A stretch of DNA of 64,000 nucleotides from Candidatus Forterrea multitransposorum CG_2015-17_Forterrea_25_41 (GCA_009392915.1 CP045477.1:160001-224000); one strand, 5' to 3'; shown: positions 36,006 to 45,170, counted from the stretch's first letter. The notes: a model not told the origin generated them from the sequence alone. Translations and numbers: made by a program.

Positions 36006-38414
36006 TTATTCTATATTTAAATTTAAATTTTCAGTAATAGTTTGTTCTTGATCTGTCACTGATAATGTTATTGTGTGTTCTCCAACAGACAATGTTGAAA
36101 TATTAATATCACAATTATCTAAAGAATATTGATTATTATATAGTTTTGAAACATCTTCTTGATCTATTGCTTCATCAAAAATTAAAATATCATCCATTTT
36201 ACCATTAAAAAAATGATCATAAGTTCCAACAACTCCATTATAAGCTATAGCAGCACCAATTGCAACTGGCAAGCTATTTGATATTGATCCATAAGTTCCA
36301 ATAGGAACACTAGCATCAAGAATTCCATTAATATAAAAATTTAAATCTTGGTTGTCTTTATAAGACATAATAACATTATACCAATTATTTTGAGCATATA
36401 GAGAACCACAATTACTACAACTTTTATAGTTACTTTGAGCATCATCAATACCAGAATAAATATCCCAATTACTAGAAACATTATTAATCATTAATTGCCA
36501 ACCTGCATAACTTCCTCCGGCACCTCTTCCTCTAGTATTAATTATTCTTTGATATCCAGAACCAGTAGGATTTATCCATGTTGATACAGTAATTTCATCT
36601 AAATTTGAACTAATATTATTATCTAAAGTTGCATAGCTTGAAGTTCCATTAAAACTTAATGCATTATTTTCTCTTCCAAATCTGTCTGTTGTTCTAGTTA
36701 CATTAAATAAAGTTCCGTCAATATTCCCTATATTATCATAAATAGTATCTCCTGTAGTTTCTTCAAATCTATATTCTGCATATGGTTTTTGATATGTTAA
36801 ATTTCCATCAATTGATGATGCCCAAGAACAAGAATAATTTCCTACATTATTTGTAATATTTGTATCTATTTCTATATTATCTCCTAAAGTATATACATTT
36901 GAATCAATATTTATTTCTGCATTTAAAGATGGATTTTCTACAGTTATATTTTTTGTTTCAGTAATAGTTTGTTCTTGATCGGTCACTGATAAAGTTATGG
37001 TGTGTTCTCCAACAGACAATGTTGAAATATTAATATCACAATTATTTGAAGAATATTGATTATTATATAGTTTTGAAACATCAGAACTAGAAATTCCATT
37101 ATTAAAAATAATAATATCATCTAACTTTCCATTAAAAAAATGATTAAAAGTTCCATACACTCCATTATATGCAACTGATGTCCCAATTGCTGTTGGTAAG
37201 CTGTTTGTTATATTTCCATATGGATCTAAATTTACACTTTCATCTAATTGTCCATCAACATAAAAATTAAGATTATTATCTTCATCAAAAGACATAACAA
37301 AATGATACCATTTTCCAAGTGTCAAACTATTTCCACAAGTGTTACAACCAGTAAATGGACTTGTTGAAGAATCAACTCCTGAATAAAGATAAAAATTACT
37401 AGTTGTATCATTAATTAATATTTGCCATCCTTCAACATCTGAAGCTGCAGATCCTCTTGTGTTTATAATTCTCTGATATGTACTAGATCCATTTGATAAA
37501 AACCATCCTGATATTGCAAATCTATTAAGTTCTTGACTTATATTATTATCTAATAAAACATAGCTTGAAGTTCCATTAAAGCTTAAAGCCTTATTTTCTC
37601 TTCCAAATCTATCTGTAGTTCTTGTAATGTTATATCCATTACCATCAATATTACCTATTAAATCATAAATTATATTTCCTGAAGTTTCATTAAAATCCCA
37701 TCTTGCATAAGGTGTTTTACTTGGTATTAAGTTTCCATCAATTGATGATGCCCAAGAACAAGAATAACTTCCAACAGGGTTATTTACTTCTGATGTGAAA
37801 TTAATTGGTTCTGAAAATAAGAAAGAAGTTGCTTCTATTGGATTTGAAATATCTATAGTTGTCACAGTTTCTATTGGATTTAGATTTGGTCTTTCTTTTT
37901 GAAGATTTAATTTTTCAGAAGAATCAATTTCTCTTAAAAAACTTATTTTGTTTCTACTTATTTTTTTAATATAAATAATTGTTTTTGTGTTATTAAGATA
38001 TATTCCTTGTTCTATATCTATTCCATTGATGTCTAAACCAACAATTAATTTTTCAAATTCTCTAAAAGTATAAATTTCTCCTTCTCTAATTAATTGTCCT
38101 TCTTTATAATAATTTCCAGAAATATTATGAAATATTTCTATTTTATCTAAATTAGAATCTGCTTCAAAACTTAAACCATCAAGGTCTATTACAAAAGAGA
38201 CAACAGATCCATTTGAATTTTCTAAAACTTCTTGTATTTTTCCTTGAATTTCTTCAATATACATTCTAGATTCTTCAAATTTTTGTTGTGAATTATTTCT
38301 TTCAATTGCAGGAACAACTCCTTGATAAATAAGTCCTACAACAGCAACAATAATAAATATAACTAAGATATAACTTAAAATTTCAGAAGCTCCTCTCTGA
38401 TTTAGTCTTTTCAT
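36006..38414 (-). CDS. Giant pilin-signal adhesin (802 aa) with a class III signal peptide and two tandem [PKD-like + LamG/ConA-like lectin] units
   Basis: Signal MKRLNQRG|ASEILSYILVIFIIVAVVGLIY. Two copies of ...SYSCSWASSIDGNL...YARWDF.ETSG..IYD.IGNIDG.....TRTTDRFGREN.ALSFNGTSSY (LamG_3 signature). Each ends with the PKD-like GEHTITLSVTDQEQTIT. Confidence 0.7.
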   Translation of the reverse strand: MKRLNQRGASEILSYILVIFIIVAVVGLIYQGVVPAIERNNSQQKFEESRMYIEEIQGKIQEVLENSNGSVVSFVIDLDGLSFEADSNLDKIEIFHNISGNYYKEGQLIREGEIYTFREFEKLIVGLDINGIDIEQGIYLNNTKTIIYIKKISRNKISFLREIDSSEKLNLQKERPNLNPIETVTTIDISNPIEATSFLFSEPINFTSEVNNPVGSYSCSWASSIDGNLIPSKTPYARWDFNETSGNIIYDLIGNIDGNGYNITRTTDRFGRENKALSFNGTSSYVLLDNNISQELNRFAISGWFLSNGSSTYQRIINTRGSAASDVEGWQILINDTTSNFYLYSGVDSSTSPFTGCNTCGNSLTLGKWYHFVMSFDEDNNLNFYVDGQLDESVNLDPYGNITNSLPTAIGTSVAYNGVYGTFNHFFNGKLDDIIIFNNGISSSDVSKLYNNQYSSNNCDINISTLSVGEHTITLSVTDQEQTITETKNITVENPSLNAEINIDSNVYTLGDNIEIDTNITNNVGNYSCSWASSIDGNLTYQKPYAEYRFEETTGDTIYDNIGNIDGTLFNVTRTTDRFGRENNALSFNGTSSYATLDNNISSNLDEITVSTWINPTGSGYQRIINTRGRGAGGSYAGWQLMINNVSSNWDIYSGIDDAQSNYKSCSNCGSLYAQNNWYNVIMSYKDNQDLNFYINGILDASVPIGTYGSISNSLPVAIGAAIAYNGVVGTYDHFFNGKMDDILIFDEAIDQEDVSKLYNNQYSLDNCDINISTLSVGEHTITLSVTDQEQTITENLNLNIE

Positions 38415-38513
38415 AATTATTCTTTATTTTTAAATATATTTTACTAATATATTATATATGAAATCTTTATAAACATATTTAATCTATATTATATATACAA
38501 TACAAAATATTGT

Positions 38514-38586
38514 GGTCCGAATAGTGTAGTGGTTAGCATATGGGTCTGTGGATCCCATGACTCGGGTTCGAATCCCGGTTCGGACC
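38514..38586 (+). tRNA. tRNA-His (anticodon GTG)
   Basis: Anticodon arm TGGGT-CTGTGGA-TCCCA gives GTG. T-arm TCGGG-TTCGAAT-CCCGG. Acceptor GGTCCGA/TCGGACC. The exact 5' end and the acceptor/T-stem junction are ambiguous by 1 nt. A genomically encoded G-1 is possible. Confidence 0.7.
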
Positions 38587-38739
38587 CTCTTTATTCTTTT
38601 AAATTGTTTTAAAAATTATTTTTTCTATTTTTTTAAAAATATTTTTATATGTTTTGCCATTCATTTGTTTTTTTAAAAAAACAATCTATTTTTAAATCAT
38701 ATGATTTACTATATTTTTAAAATATAAAGGTGATATATA

Positions 38740-40188
38740 ATGCACGAAGATCTTTTTAACACCCTAAACCCACATCAAAAAGCATATATTAATTTTGAAA
38801 TTCCAAATGTTAAAAATGGAGAATATATGTTATGTGCTTTCCATTTAAGACCTGGAGGAGATTTAAATATCTTACAAGCAGCTTGTGAAACAGCAGCTGA
38901 ATCTTCAACTGGTACAAATTTTTTAGTAAACACAGAAACTCCTTTTGCAAGAGAGATGAATGCTTTAGTTTATAAATTAGATTTAGAAAAAAGTTTAGTA
39001 TGGATAGCATATCCTTGGAGACTTTTTGATAGAGGAGGAAATGTTCAAAATATCTTAACATACATTGTAGGAAATGTTTTAGGTATGAAAGAAGTTTCTG
39101 CAATTAAACTTTTAGATGTTTGGTTTCCACCAGCTATGCTTGAACAATACGATGGACCTTCCTATACTTTAGATGATATGAGAAAATATTTAGATGTTTA
39201 TGATAGACCAATTTTAGGAACAATTATAAAACCAAAAATGGGTTTAACTTCAGCAGAATATGCAGAAGCATGCTATGATTTCTGGGTTGGTGGAGGAGAT
39301 TTTGTTAAAAATGATGAACCTCAAGCAAACCAAGATTTCTGTCCATATGATAAAATGGTAAAACATGTAAAAGAAGCTATGGATAAAGCTGTAAAAGAAA
39401 CTGGTCATAAAAAAGTACATTCTTTCAATGTTTCAGCTGCAGATTATGATACAATGATTGAAAGATGTGAAATGATTGTTAATGCAGGTTTTGAAAAAGG
39501 ATCTTATGCATTTTTAATAGATGGAACTACTGCAGGTTGGATGGCAGTTCAAACTTTAAGACGTAAATATCCTGATGTTTTCCTTCATTTCCATAGAGCA
39601 GGACATGGAGCATATACAAGACCTGAAAATCCAATTGGTTTTTCTGTTTTAGTATTATCTAAATTTGCAAGACTTGCAGGAGCTTCTGGTATTCATACAG
39701 GAACTGCAGGTGTAGGAAAAATGGCAGGTACTCCAACAGAAGATATTACAGCTGCAACTGGTATTTTAAAATTAGTCTCAGAAGGACATATTTTCCATCA
39801 ATCATGGTCAACTGTTCCTGAAAAAGATTTAGATGTTGTAAAGCTTGCACAAGAGGATGAAGCTCATCATGTTATCTTAGAAGATGATAGTTGGAGAGGT
39901 CTTAAAAAATGTACTCCAATAATCTCTGGTGGTCTAAATCCAACTCTTCTTAAACCATTTATTGATTTAATGGGTGGAGTTGATTTTATAACAACTATGG
40001 GTGCTGGTTGTCATGCTCATCCAAAAGGTACACAAGCAGGCGCTAAGGCTTTAGTTCAAGCATGTGAAGCATACCAGAAAGGAATTTCTATTGAAGAATA
40101 TTCAAAAGATAGACCTGAGCTTGCAGAAGCTATTGAGTTTTTTACAAAGAAAAAGCATGTTGATAACTTAAAGAAGGAGTTTTCTTAA
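38740..40188 (+). CDS. rbcL: Ribulose-1,5-bisphosphate carboxylase, form III (archaeal nucleotide-salvage type), large subunit
   Basis: YINFEIPNVKNGEYMLCAFHLRPGGD...TGTNF, the catalytic Lys region GGGDFVKNDEPQANQ, and the loop-6 and C-terminal GGLNPTL..GGVDFITTMGAGCHAHPKG. Confidence 0.9.
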   Translation: MHEDLFNTLNPHQKAYINFEIPNVKNGEYMLCAFHLRPGGDLNILQAACETAAESSTGTNFLVNTETPFAREMNALVYKLDLEKSLVWIAYPWRLFDRGGNVQNILTYIVGNVLGMKEVSAIKLLDVWFPPAMLEQYDGPSYTLDDMRKYLDVYDRPILGTIIKPKMGLTSAEYAEACYDFWVGGGDFVKNDEPQANQDFCPYDKMVKHVKEAMDKAVKETGHKKVHSFNVSAADYDTMIERCEMIVNAGFEKGSYAFLIDGTTAGWMAVQTLRRKYPDVFLHFHRAGHGAYTRPENPIGFSVLVLSKFARLAGASGIHTGTAGVGKMAGTPTEDITAATGILKLVSEGHIFHQSWSTVPEKDLDVVKLAQEDEAHHVILEDDSWRGLKKCTPIISGGLNPTLLKPFIDLMGGVDFITTMGAGCHAHPKGTQAGAKALVQACEAYQKGISIEEYSKDRPELAEAIEFFTKKKHVDNLKKEFS

Positions 40189-40247
40189 ATTAATTTTTTT
40201 AAGAAAATCTTTTTCTTTTTTTCTTTGTTTTTTGGACAAGAGGTTTT

Positions 40248-40844
40248 GTGTTTATGCAGATAGATAAAAGTAAAATTTATTTTGAAACAGATCGTTTAAT
40301 AATAAGATTATTAAAGCCATCTGATGCTTCTGATATTTTTGAAAATTATAAGGATAAAGTATATTCTAAAAATATACCTAATCTTCCTTATCCTTATACT
40401 TTAAAACATGCAAATGATTTTATTAAAAAAAATAAATCTAAAATTAATAGAAAAAAAGATCCTGGAATTGAGTTTGCAATTTTTTCAAAAGAAGAAAATC
40501 GAGTTATTGGTGGTGCTTCTTTAAACCATATTGATTTTAAAAATAAAAAATGTGAAAGCGCTTCTTGTCTTTCAAAAAAATATTGGGGTAAAAAATATAT
40601 TTATGAAGCAAAGCTTGAAATCTATAAATATGCTTTCAATATTTTAAAATTAAATAAAATTTATGCTGATGTTTTTACTTATAATTTAAGAAGTAAAAAG
40701 CATTTAGAAAAGTTAGGTTTTAAGGAAGTCGGGCTTAAAAGAAAAGATATCTTCCATAAAAATAAGTTTATAGATCTTTACAGGCTTGATCTTTTAAAAG
40801 AGGAATTTAAGTATAAAGATTTAAAGAAAAATCTTCTTTCTTAA
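40248..40844 (+). CDS. GNAT-family N-acetyltransferase (RimJ/RimL-like)
   Basis: ETDRLIIRLLKPSDASDIFENY is the typical RimL N-terminus. The acetyl-CoA motif region is ASCLSKKYWGKKY. Confidence 0.65.
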   Translation: MFMQIDKSKIYFETDRLIIRLLKPSDASDIFENYKDKVYSKNIPNLPYPYTLKHANDFIKKNKSKINRKKDPGIEFAIFSKEENRVIGGASLNHIDFKNKKCESASCLSKKYWGKKYIYEAKLEIYKYAFNILKLNKIYADVFTYNLRSKKHLEKLGFKEVGLKRKDIFHKNKFIDLYRLDLLKEEFKYKDLKKNLLS

Positions 40845-40967
40845 TTTTTTTTTAATTTTTTAGAAAAATTTAAAAACTTTTCTAGAAAATATTTTTATTT
40901 TTTTTGTTACATTATATATTTATTAACAAAAACTATTTTTAAAAAAACAAAAAAAGGTGGTGTAACT

Positions 40968-41447
40968 ATGAAAAAATATACTATCTGGGATGAAATGAGA
41001 AGAATGCAAAGAGAGATGGATTCTTTATTTGATGACTTTGTTTATTCTCAAAAACCATATCTTCTTTCAGGTTCTAAAAAAGATGAAAATTCTTTAACTT
41101 CTTTAGAAAACTATAGAGAACCAGTTTGTGATGTTAAAGAAGATAATGATAAATATAATCTTTCTTTAGAAATTCCTGGTTCAAAAAAAGAAGATATTAA
41201 AATAAATGTAAATGATAACAACTTAGAAATAAAGGTTGAACATAAAAGTGAAGAAAAAAAAGAGGATAAAGAAAAAGGTTACTATAGCTATTCAAAAAGT
41301 TATTCTGGCTTTTATAGATCCTTCTCTCTTCCAAGAAATATAGATAAGGATAACATAGATGCAGAGTACAAGGATGGTGTCTTACATCTTAAACTTCCAA
41401 AAAAAGAAATATCTTCTTCTTTAAACAAGTTAATAGAGGTTAAATAA
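40968..41447 (+). CDS. hsp20: Small heat-shock protein (Hsp20/alpha-crystallin family)
   Basis: DVKEDNDKYNLSLEIPGSKKEDIKINVNDNNLEIKVEH...FYRSFSLPRNIDKDNIDAEYKDGVLHLKLPK is the alpha-crystallin domain. Confidence 0.85.
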   Translation: MKKYTIWDEMRRMQREMDSLFDDFVYSQKPYLLSGSKKDENSLTSLENYREPVCDVKEDNDKYNLSLEIPGSKKEDIKINVNDNNLEIKVEHKSEEKKEDKEKGYYSYSKSYSGFYRSFSLPRNIDKDNIDAEYKDGVLHLKLPKKEISSSLNKLIEVK

Positions 41448-41462
41448 TTTTTTTAACCTCTT

Positions 41463-42002
41463 TTATTCTTTAAGTAAATAATAAATATCTTTATCTAAGA
41501 TTAAGTTATTTACTTTTCCTAATTTTTCTTTTTTAATAATACCATTTTCTTCAAGTTTTAAAATTAGTCTATGAACTTTAATCTTTGATAACCCATCAAT
41601 ATATGTAAGTTCATATTGCCTTACTTTTCCATCATTTTCTAATATCTTTTCAATAATCTTTTTTTCATCTTTAGTTAAAAGATTAAGTATGGTTTTACTC
41701 TTAACATTAATATTTTTTTCTTTTTGATTAATTTCTTCAGATAAAAGATAGTAGATAAGTAACCCTACAAACATTCCAAAGAATGCACTAATAGGTATTA
41801 GATAAAAAGAATAATTTGATTTTTCTGGTTTATTTAACATCTGTTCTTTAAGTTCATCTATAGTATAAAGATCTATTGTTGTAATATCAATAGTATTCTG
41901 ACTTCTATTTATCTTTTGTTGTGCAGATAAAAATAAAAGAGTTGAAACTATTAATAATATAAAAGATAATAAGACAGCTAAGATAATTATTTTTTTGTTC
42001 AT
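41463..42002 (-). CDS. Membrane-anchored putative winged-helix DNA-binding protein
   Basis: Two TM helices, then LTKDEKKIIEKILENDGKVRQYELTYIDGLSKIKVHRLILKLEENGIIKKEK, which is MarR/TrmB-like wHTH. Confidence 0.4.
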   Translation of the reverse strand: MNKKIIILAVLLSFILLIVSTLLFLSAQQKINRSQNTIDITTIDLYTIDELKEQMLNKPEKSNYSFYLIPISAFFGMFVGLLIYYLLSEEINQKEKNINVKSKTILNLLTKDEKKIIEKILENDGKVRQYELTYIDGLSKIKVHRLILKLEENGIIKKEKLGKVNNLILDKDIYYLLKE

Positions 42003-42178
42003 AATAGATATATTGTTCTTTTCTGTTTTTATTCTTTATTGTTTATATATAGTTTCAGTTAATCAAACCATAGTTTCATAAAAGAGTATATATCGTTACA
42101 CTTATAATTATCTAGTACTTTAAAGGGTTTTTTTAAAAGTTTGTTAAAAACTTTTTAAAGTAAAATTAAAAAAAAAAG

Positions 42179-42613
42179 GTGAAAAAAAATATGAATAATA
42201 AAACAAAAATAATTGCCTCTATCCTTACATTGTTTAGTTTTCTTTTAGTTTTAGGAACAGTAAGTGCATACAGAGGAGATGTAACAAAGCTAGGTCCAAA
42301 CTACGATCCTGTAGTACATGCAAATATGCAATTTGCAATTGAAGCTGGAGATTATCAAGCTTGGAATGATATTGTTTCTTTAAGAGATAATAATTCAAAG
42401 ATAACTACATATATAACAGAAGAAAACTTTGAAGAATACAGTAAAGCATACCTTTCTGCTTTATCAGGAGATTCATCTTCTTTACAAGAGTTTAGAGCTT
42501 CTTTAGGTTTAGGCCAAGGTAATCAATATAGAGGATCTAATAAAGGTTCTTTAAATGAAAACTCTAATTCTTTAGGTCAAAAGAAAATGAATAGATACAA
42601 CTCTACAAATTAG
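42179..42613 (+). CDS. Small secreted hypothetical protein
   Basis: Signal peptide MKKNMNNKTKIIASILTLFSFLLVLGTVSA. Confidence 0.35.
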   Translation: MKKNMNNKTKIIASILTLFSFLLVLGTVSAYRGDVTKLGPNYDPVVHANMQFAIEAGDYQAWNDIVSLRDNNSKITTYITEENFEEYSKAYLSALSGDSSSLQEFRASLGLGQGNQYRGSNKGSLNENSNSLGQKKMNRYNSTN

Positions 42614-42765
42614 TTTTTTTTAATAGGTTATAAAAATTAATTAAGATTATTTATTTAATCTTTTTTTCTTTTATAAGTTCTTTTTTTAAATGTATTTATG
42701 CTTAATTATATTATTAGTTTATAATTCTATTTTTCTTTTAAGAAGAATATTTTATATGAATTTTT

Positions 42766-42837
42766 GCTTCTGTGGCTCAGTGGTAGAGCGCAACCTTGGT
42801 AAGGTTGAGGTCGCGGGTTCGACTCCCGCCAGAAGCT
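42766..42837 (+). tRNA. tRNA-Thr (anticodon GGT)
   Basis: Acceptor GCTTCTG/CAGAAGC, D-arm GCTC-AGTGGTA-GAGC, anticodon arm CAACC-TTGGTAA-GGTTG, T-arm GCGGG-TTCGACT-CCCGC. Confidence 0.85.
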
Positions 42838-42995
42838 TGATGCACAAAAATAACTAATTTGTGCATTTGAAATATACTTTTTAATCTTTAATTATACCAA
42901 ATTATATGCATTTATAAATAGATTATAACGGACTTATAATCTTTTAGTAAAAGACTATATTTAAAAACATTTCTGTTATATATTATATTAGTGAT

Positions 42996-44267
42996 TTGTA
43001 TATGGATAAAGATTTTTTAAGAAATGTTATTACTGATCAATATGAAGATCTAAAAGATGTTTCTAAAACGGTTTTAAGATATGATTTAAAAGAAATAACA
43101 TCTTTTGTAGAAAATCCTGCAATTTCAATAATTTCAGGAATTAGAAGATGTGGAAAATCAACTTTTTTAGAACAAATAATTAACCTACATTATAAAGATG
43201 ATTTTTATTATTTTGATTTTTCAGATGAAAGAATTTCAAGATTTCAAACAGAAGATTTTCAAAAACTATATGAAGTATTTTTAGAAAAATTTGGAAAAAG
43301 AAAAGCATTTTTCTTTGATGAGATACAAGAAGTTCCAGATTGGAATAAATTCGTAAATAGAATGAATAAAATAGGCTATAAATGTTTTGTTACTGGTTCA
43401 AACTCAAATTTATTAAGCAAAGAATTATCCACATACCTTACAGGAAGACATATAGATAAAGTTTTATTTCCATTTTCTTTTAAAGAATATTTAGTATATA
43501 AAAATATAAATATTGACTTAGATTCTACAAAATCAAAAACCTTAATTATTAAAGAATTTAAAAATTATTTTAAATTAGGGGGTTTTCCAGAAGTTGTTTT
43601 AACAAATGACACTTCAATTTTATTAAATATTTATTCAGATATTATTTCAAAAGACATTATTGAAAGATTTAAAATAAATGATATTTCTCTATTTAAAGAA
43701 TTTTGTAATTATGTTATATCTTTATCTACAAATGAATTTACTTATAAATCATTAAAAGATAATTTTAAAATTCAAAATATAACTACTGTTTCAAATTATC
43801 TTGATTATTTAAAACTTACATATCTTGTTTATGAAGTTAAAAGATTTTCTCCTGCTTTACAGAAATTAAATAAATTTCCAAAAAAATATTATTGTATTGA
43901 TAATGGGTTATTAAATAAAGTTGGTTTTGGATATTCAATAGAAGAGAGTAGATTTTTAGAAAATCAAGTTTTTATTGAACTTTGGAGAAACAATTTAAAT
44001 TCTGAAATTTATTATTATAGAAATAAAGATAATAAAGAATGTGATTTTTTAGTATTAAATAACAGAAAAGTTGCTAAAGCTATTCAAGTTTGTTATGCTT
44101 TTAAAAAAGCAGAAACAAGAAATAGAGAAATTGAAGGTTTATTATCTGCTTTAAAAGAATTTAATTTGTCTTTTGGAGAAATTATAACCTTTGAACATAA
44201 AGAAAGATTAGAAATTGAGGGTAAAATTATAGAAATGATTCCTATCTATGAGTGGTTATTAAAATAA
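42996..44267 (+). CDS. AAA-family ATPase with a DUF4143-type C-terminal domain, common in archaeal mobile or defence contexts
   Basis: Walker A GIRRCGKSTF and Walker B FFFDEIQ. The C-terminal DUF4143-like region includes KECDFLVLNN. Confidence 0.65.
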   Translation: MYMDKDFLRNVITDQYEDLKDVSKTVLRYDLKEITSFVENPAISIISGIRRCGKSTFLEQIINLHYKDDFYYFDFSDERISRFQTEDFQKLYEVFLEKFGKRKAFFFDEIQEVPDWNKFVNRMNKIGYKCFVTGSNSNLLSKELSTYLTGRHIDKVLFPFSFKEYLVYKNINIDLDSTKSKTLIIKEFKNYFKLGGFPEVVLTNDTSILLNIYSDIISKDIIERFKINDISLFKEFCNYVISLSTNEFTYKSLKDNFKIQNITTVSNYLDYLKLTYLVYEVKRFSPALQKLNKFPKKYYCIDNGLLNKVGFGYSIEESRFLENQVFIELWRNNLNSEIYYYRNKDNKECDFLVLNNRKVAKAIQVCYAFKKAETRNREIEGLLSALKEFNLSFGEIITFEHKERLEIEGKIIEMIPIYEWLLK

Positions 44268-44289
44268 AAAATGAGCGCTTTTAACCTAA

Positions 44290-44312
44290 GGTTTAGTTCC
44301 TGCCAGAAGCTT
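44290..44312 (+). repeat. Partial direct copy of the 3' end of tRNA-Thr (ggtttagttcctGCCAGAAGCTT, with the last 11 nt exact). Candidate attR of an integrated element whose attL is tRNA-Thr at 42766-42837.
   Basis: Fifteen of the last 15 nt of tRNA-Thr (tcccGCCAGAAGCTt) are matched 14/15, and the T-arm remnant ggtt..tcc is matched partially. It lies 1.45 kb downstream of the intact gene and brackets the DUF4143 ATPase. Confidence 0.55.
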
Positions 44313-44313
44313 T

Positions 44314-44342
44314 GAACCGGTTTCGCTCGGTTCACGCGCAAT
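44314..44342 (+). ncRNA. Hairpin motif copy 2, GAACCG-gtttcgct-CGGTTC followed by ACGCGCAAT
   Basis: Same architecture as 12039-12070, with fully compensatory stem changes (CAACTG/CAGTTG versus GAACCG/CGGTTC). Confidence 0.4.
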
Positions 44343-44350
44343 CTTTAAAA

Positions 44351-44379
44351 GAGCTGGTTTCGATCAGTTAACACGCAAT
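44351..44379 (+). ncRNA. Hairpin motif copy 3 (degenerate), GAGCTG-gtttcgat-CAGTTA followed by ACACGCAATGG
   Basis: The loop GTTTCGAT and the tail ACACGCAA are conserved. The stem is partly degraded. Confidence 0.3.
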
Positions 44380-44402
44380 GGTTCTTCTTTTTCTTCTAGA
44401 AA

Positions 44403-45170
44403 TTAAGCTTTTCTGAACAATAAAAATCCAATTGTAATTAAAAATAAAGCAATACAAATAGATGCAGCAGTAATTATTTCAGGATATTGATTATTAAAAC
44501 CAACAGAACTTGTATGCTTAATAATAATCCCAAAATATGCCCACGCAAAAACTAAAATATAAGCAATATCTCTATTTCTAACACTGGTTAAAATACCAAT
44601 AATAGAACCTACTAAAAGAATAGCAATTGTCCAAATACTTTCACTAATACCAAAACCATTCCATCCAACACTAACAAGAAAAGCTGTAATATTTGCAATT
44701 GTTGCAACTGTTATCCATCCAAAGTAAATACTAAATGGAAGGGATAAAAAGAAAAAATCTTTAGACTTATTTTCTCTTATTAGTAAATTAATTTTAATTA
44801 AACAAAATAATATACCTAGCATAAAGATTATAGATACCCATAATAAACCATAATGCCAAGAAAAGATCCATAATGCATTAGCTACAGAACTTATAATAAA
44901 ATAAATACTTATCTTGTTTAATAATTTATTTTCTTTTAAACTAATTTTTTTAAAAGTTTCAAATTGATATAAAACAAATAAACCTAATAACAAATAAATT
45001 ATACCCCAGATAGAAAAAGTAATTCCTGCAGGAGCAAATAAGTTAGGATATAGGTCAGAGACAGCCCCTGTATCAATGTTATTTATTGGCAGGGCATTAG
45101 CTAAATAATTAACTACAATCATTACTATATAGACTAATGCTACAAAAATTTTTCTTAATATAAAATTCAT
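44403..45170 (-). CDS. Polytopic membrane protein, possibly related to the TspO/MBR tryptophan-rich sensory protein family
   Basis: YLANALPINNIDTGAVSDLYPNLFAPAGITFSIWGIIYLLLGLFVLY resembles the TspO N-terminal motif. The length (255 aa) is atypical. Confidence 0.3.
   Translation of the reverse strand: MNFILRKIFVALVYIVMIVVNYLANALPINNIDTGAVSDLYPNLFAPAGITFSIWGIIYLLLGLFVLYQFETFKKISLKENKLLNKISIYFIISSVANALWIFSWHYGLLWVSIIFMLGILFCLIKINLLIRENKSKDFFFLSLPFSIYFGWITVATIANITAFLVSVGWNGFGISESIWTIAILLVGSIIGILTSVRNRDIAYILVFAWAYFGIIIKHTSSVGFNNQYPEIITAASICIALFLITIGFLLFRKA

Noticed and set aside
42928-42946. Palindrome ATTATAAcggacTTATAAT between tRNA-Thr and the DUF4143 ATPase
   Set aside because: It is a 7-bp AT-only inverted repeat, which is expected by chance in AT-rich intergenic DNA. 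It is mentioned only as a possible operator within the putative element.
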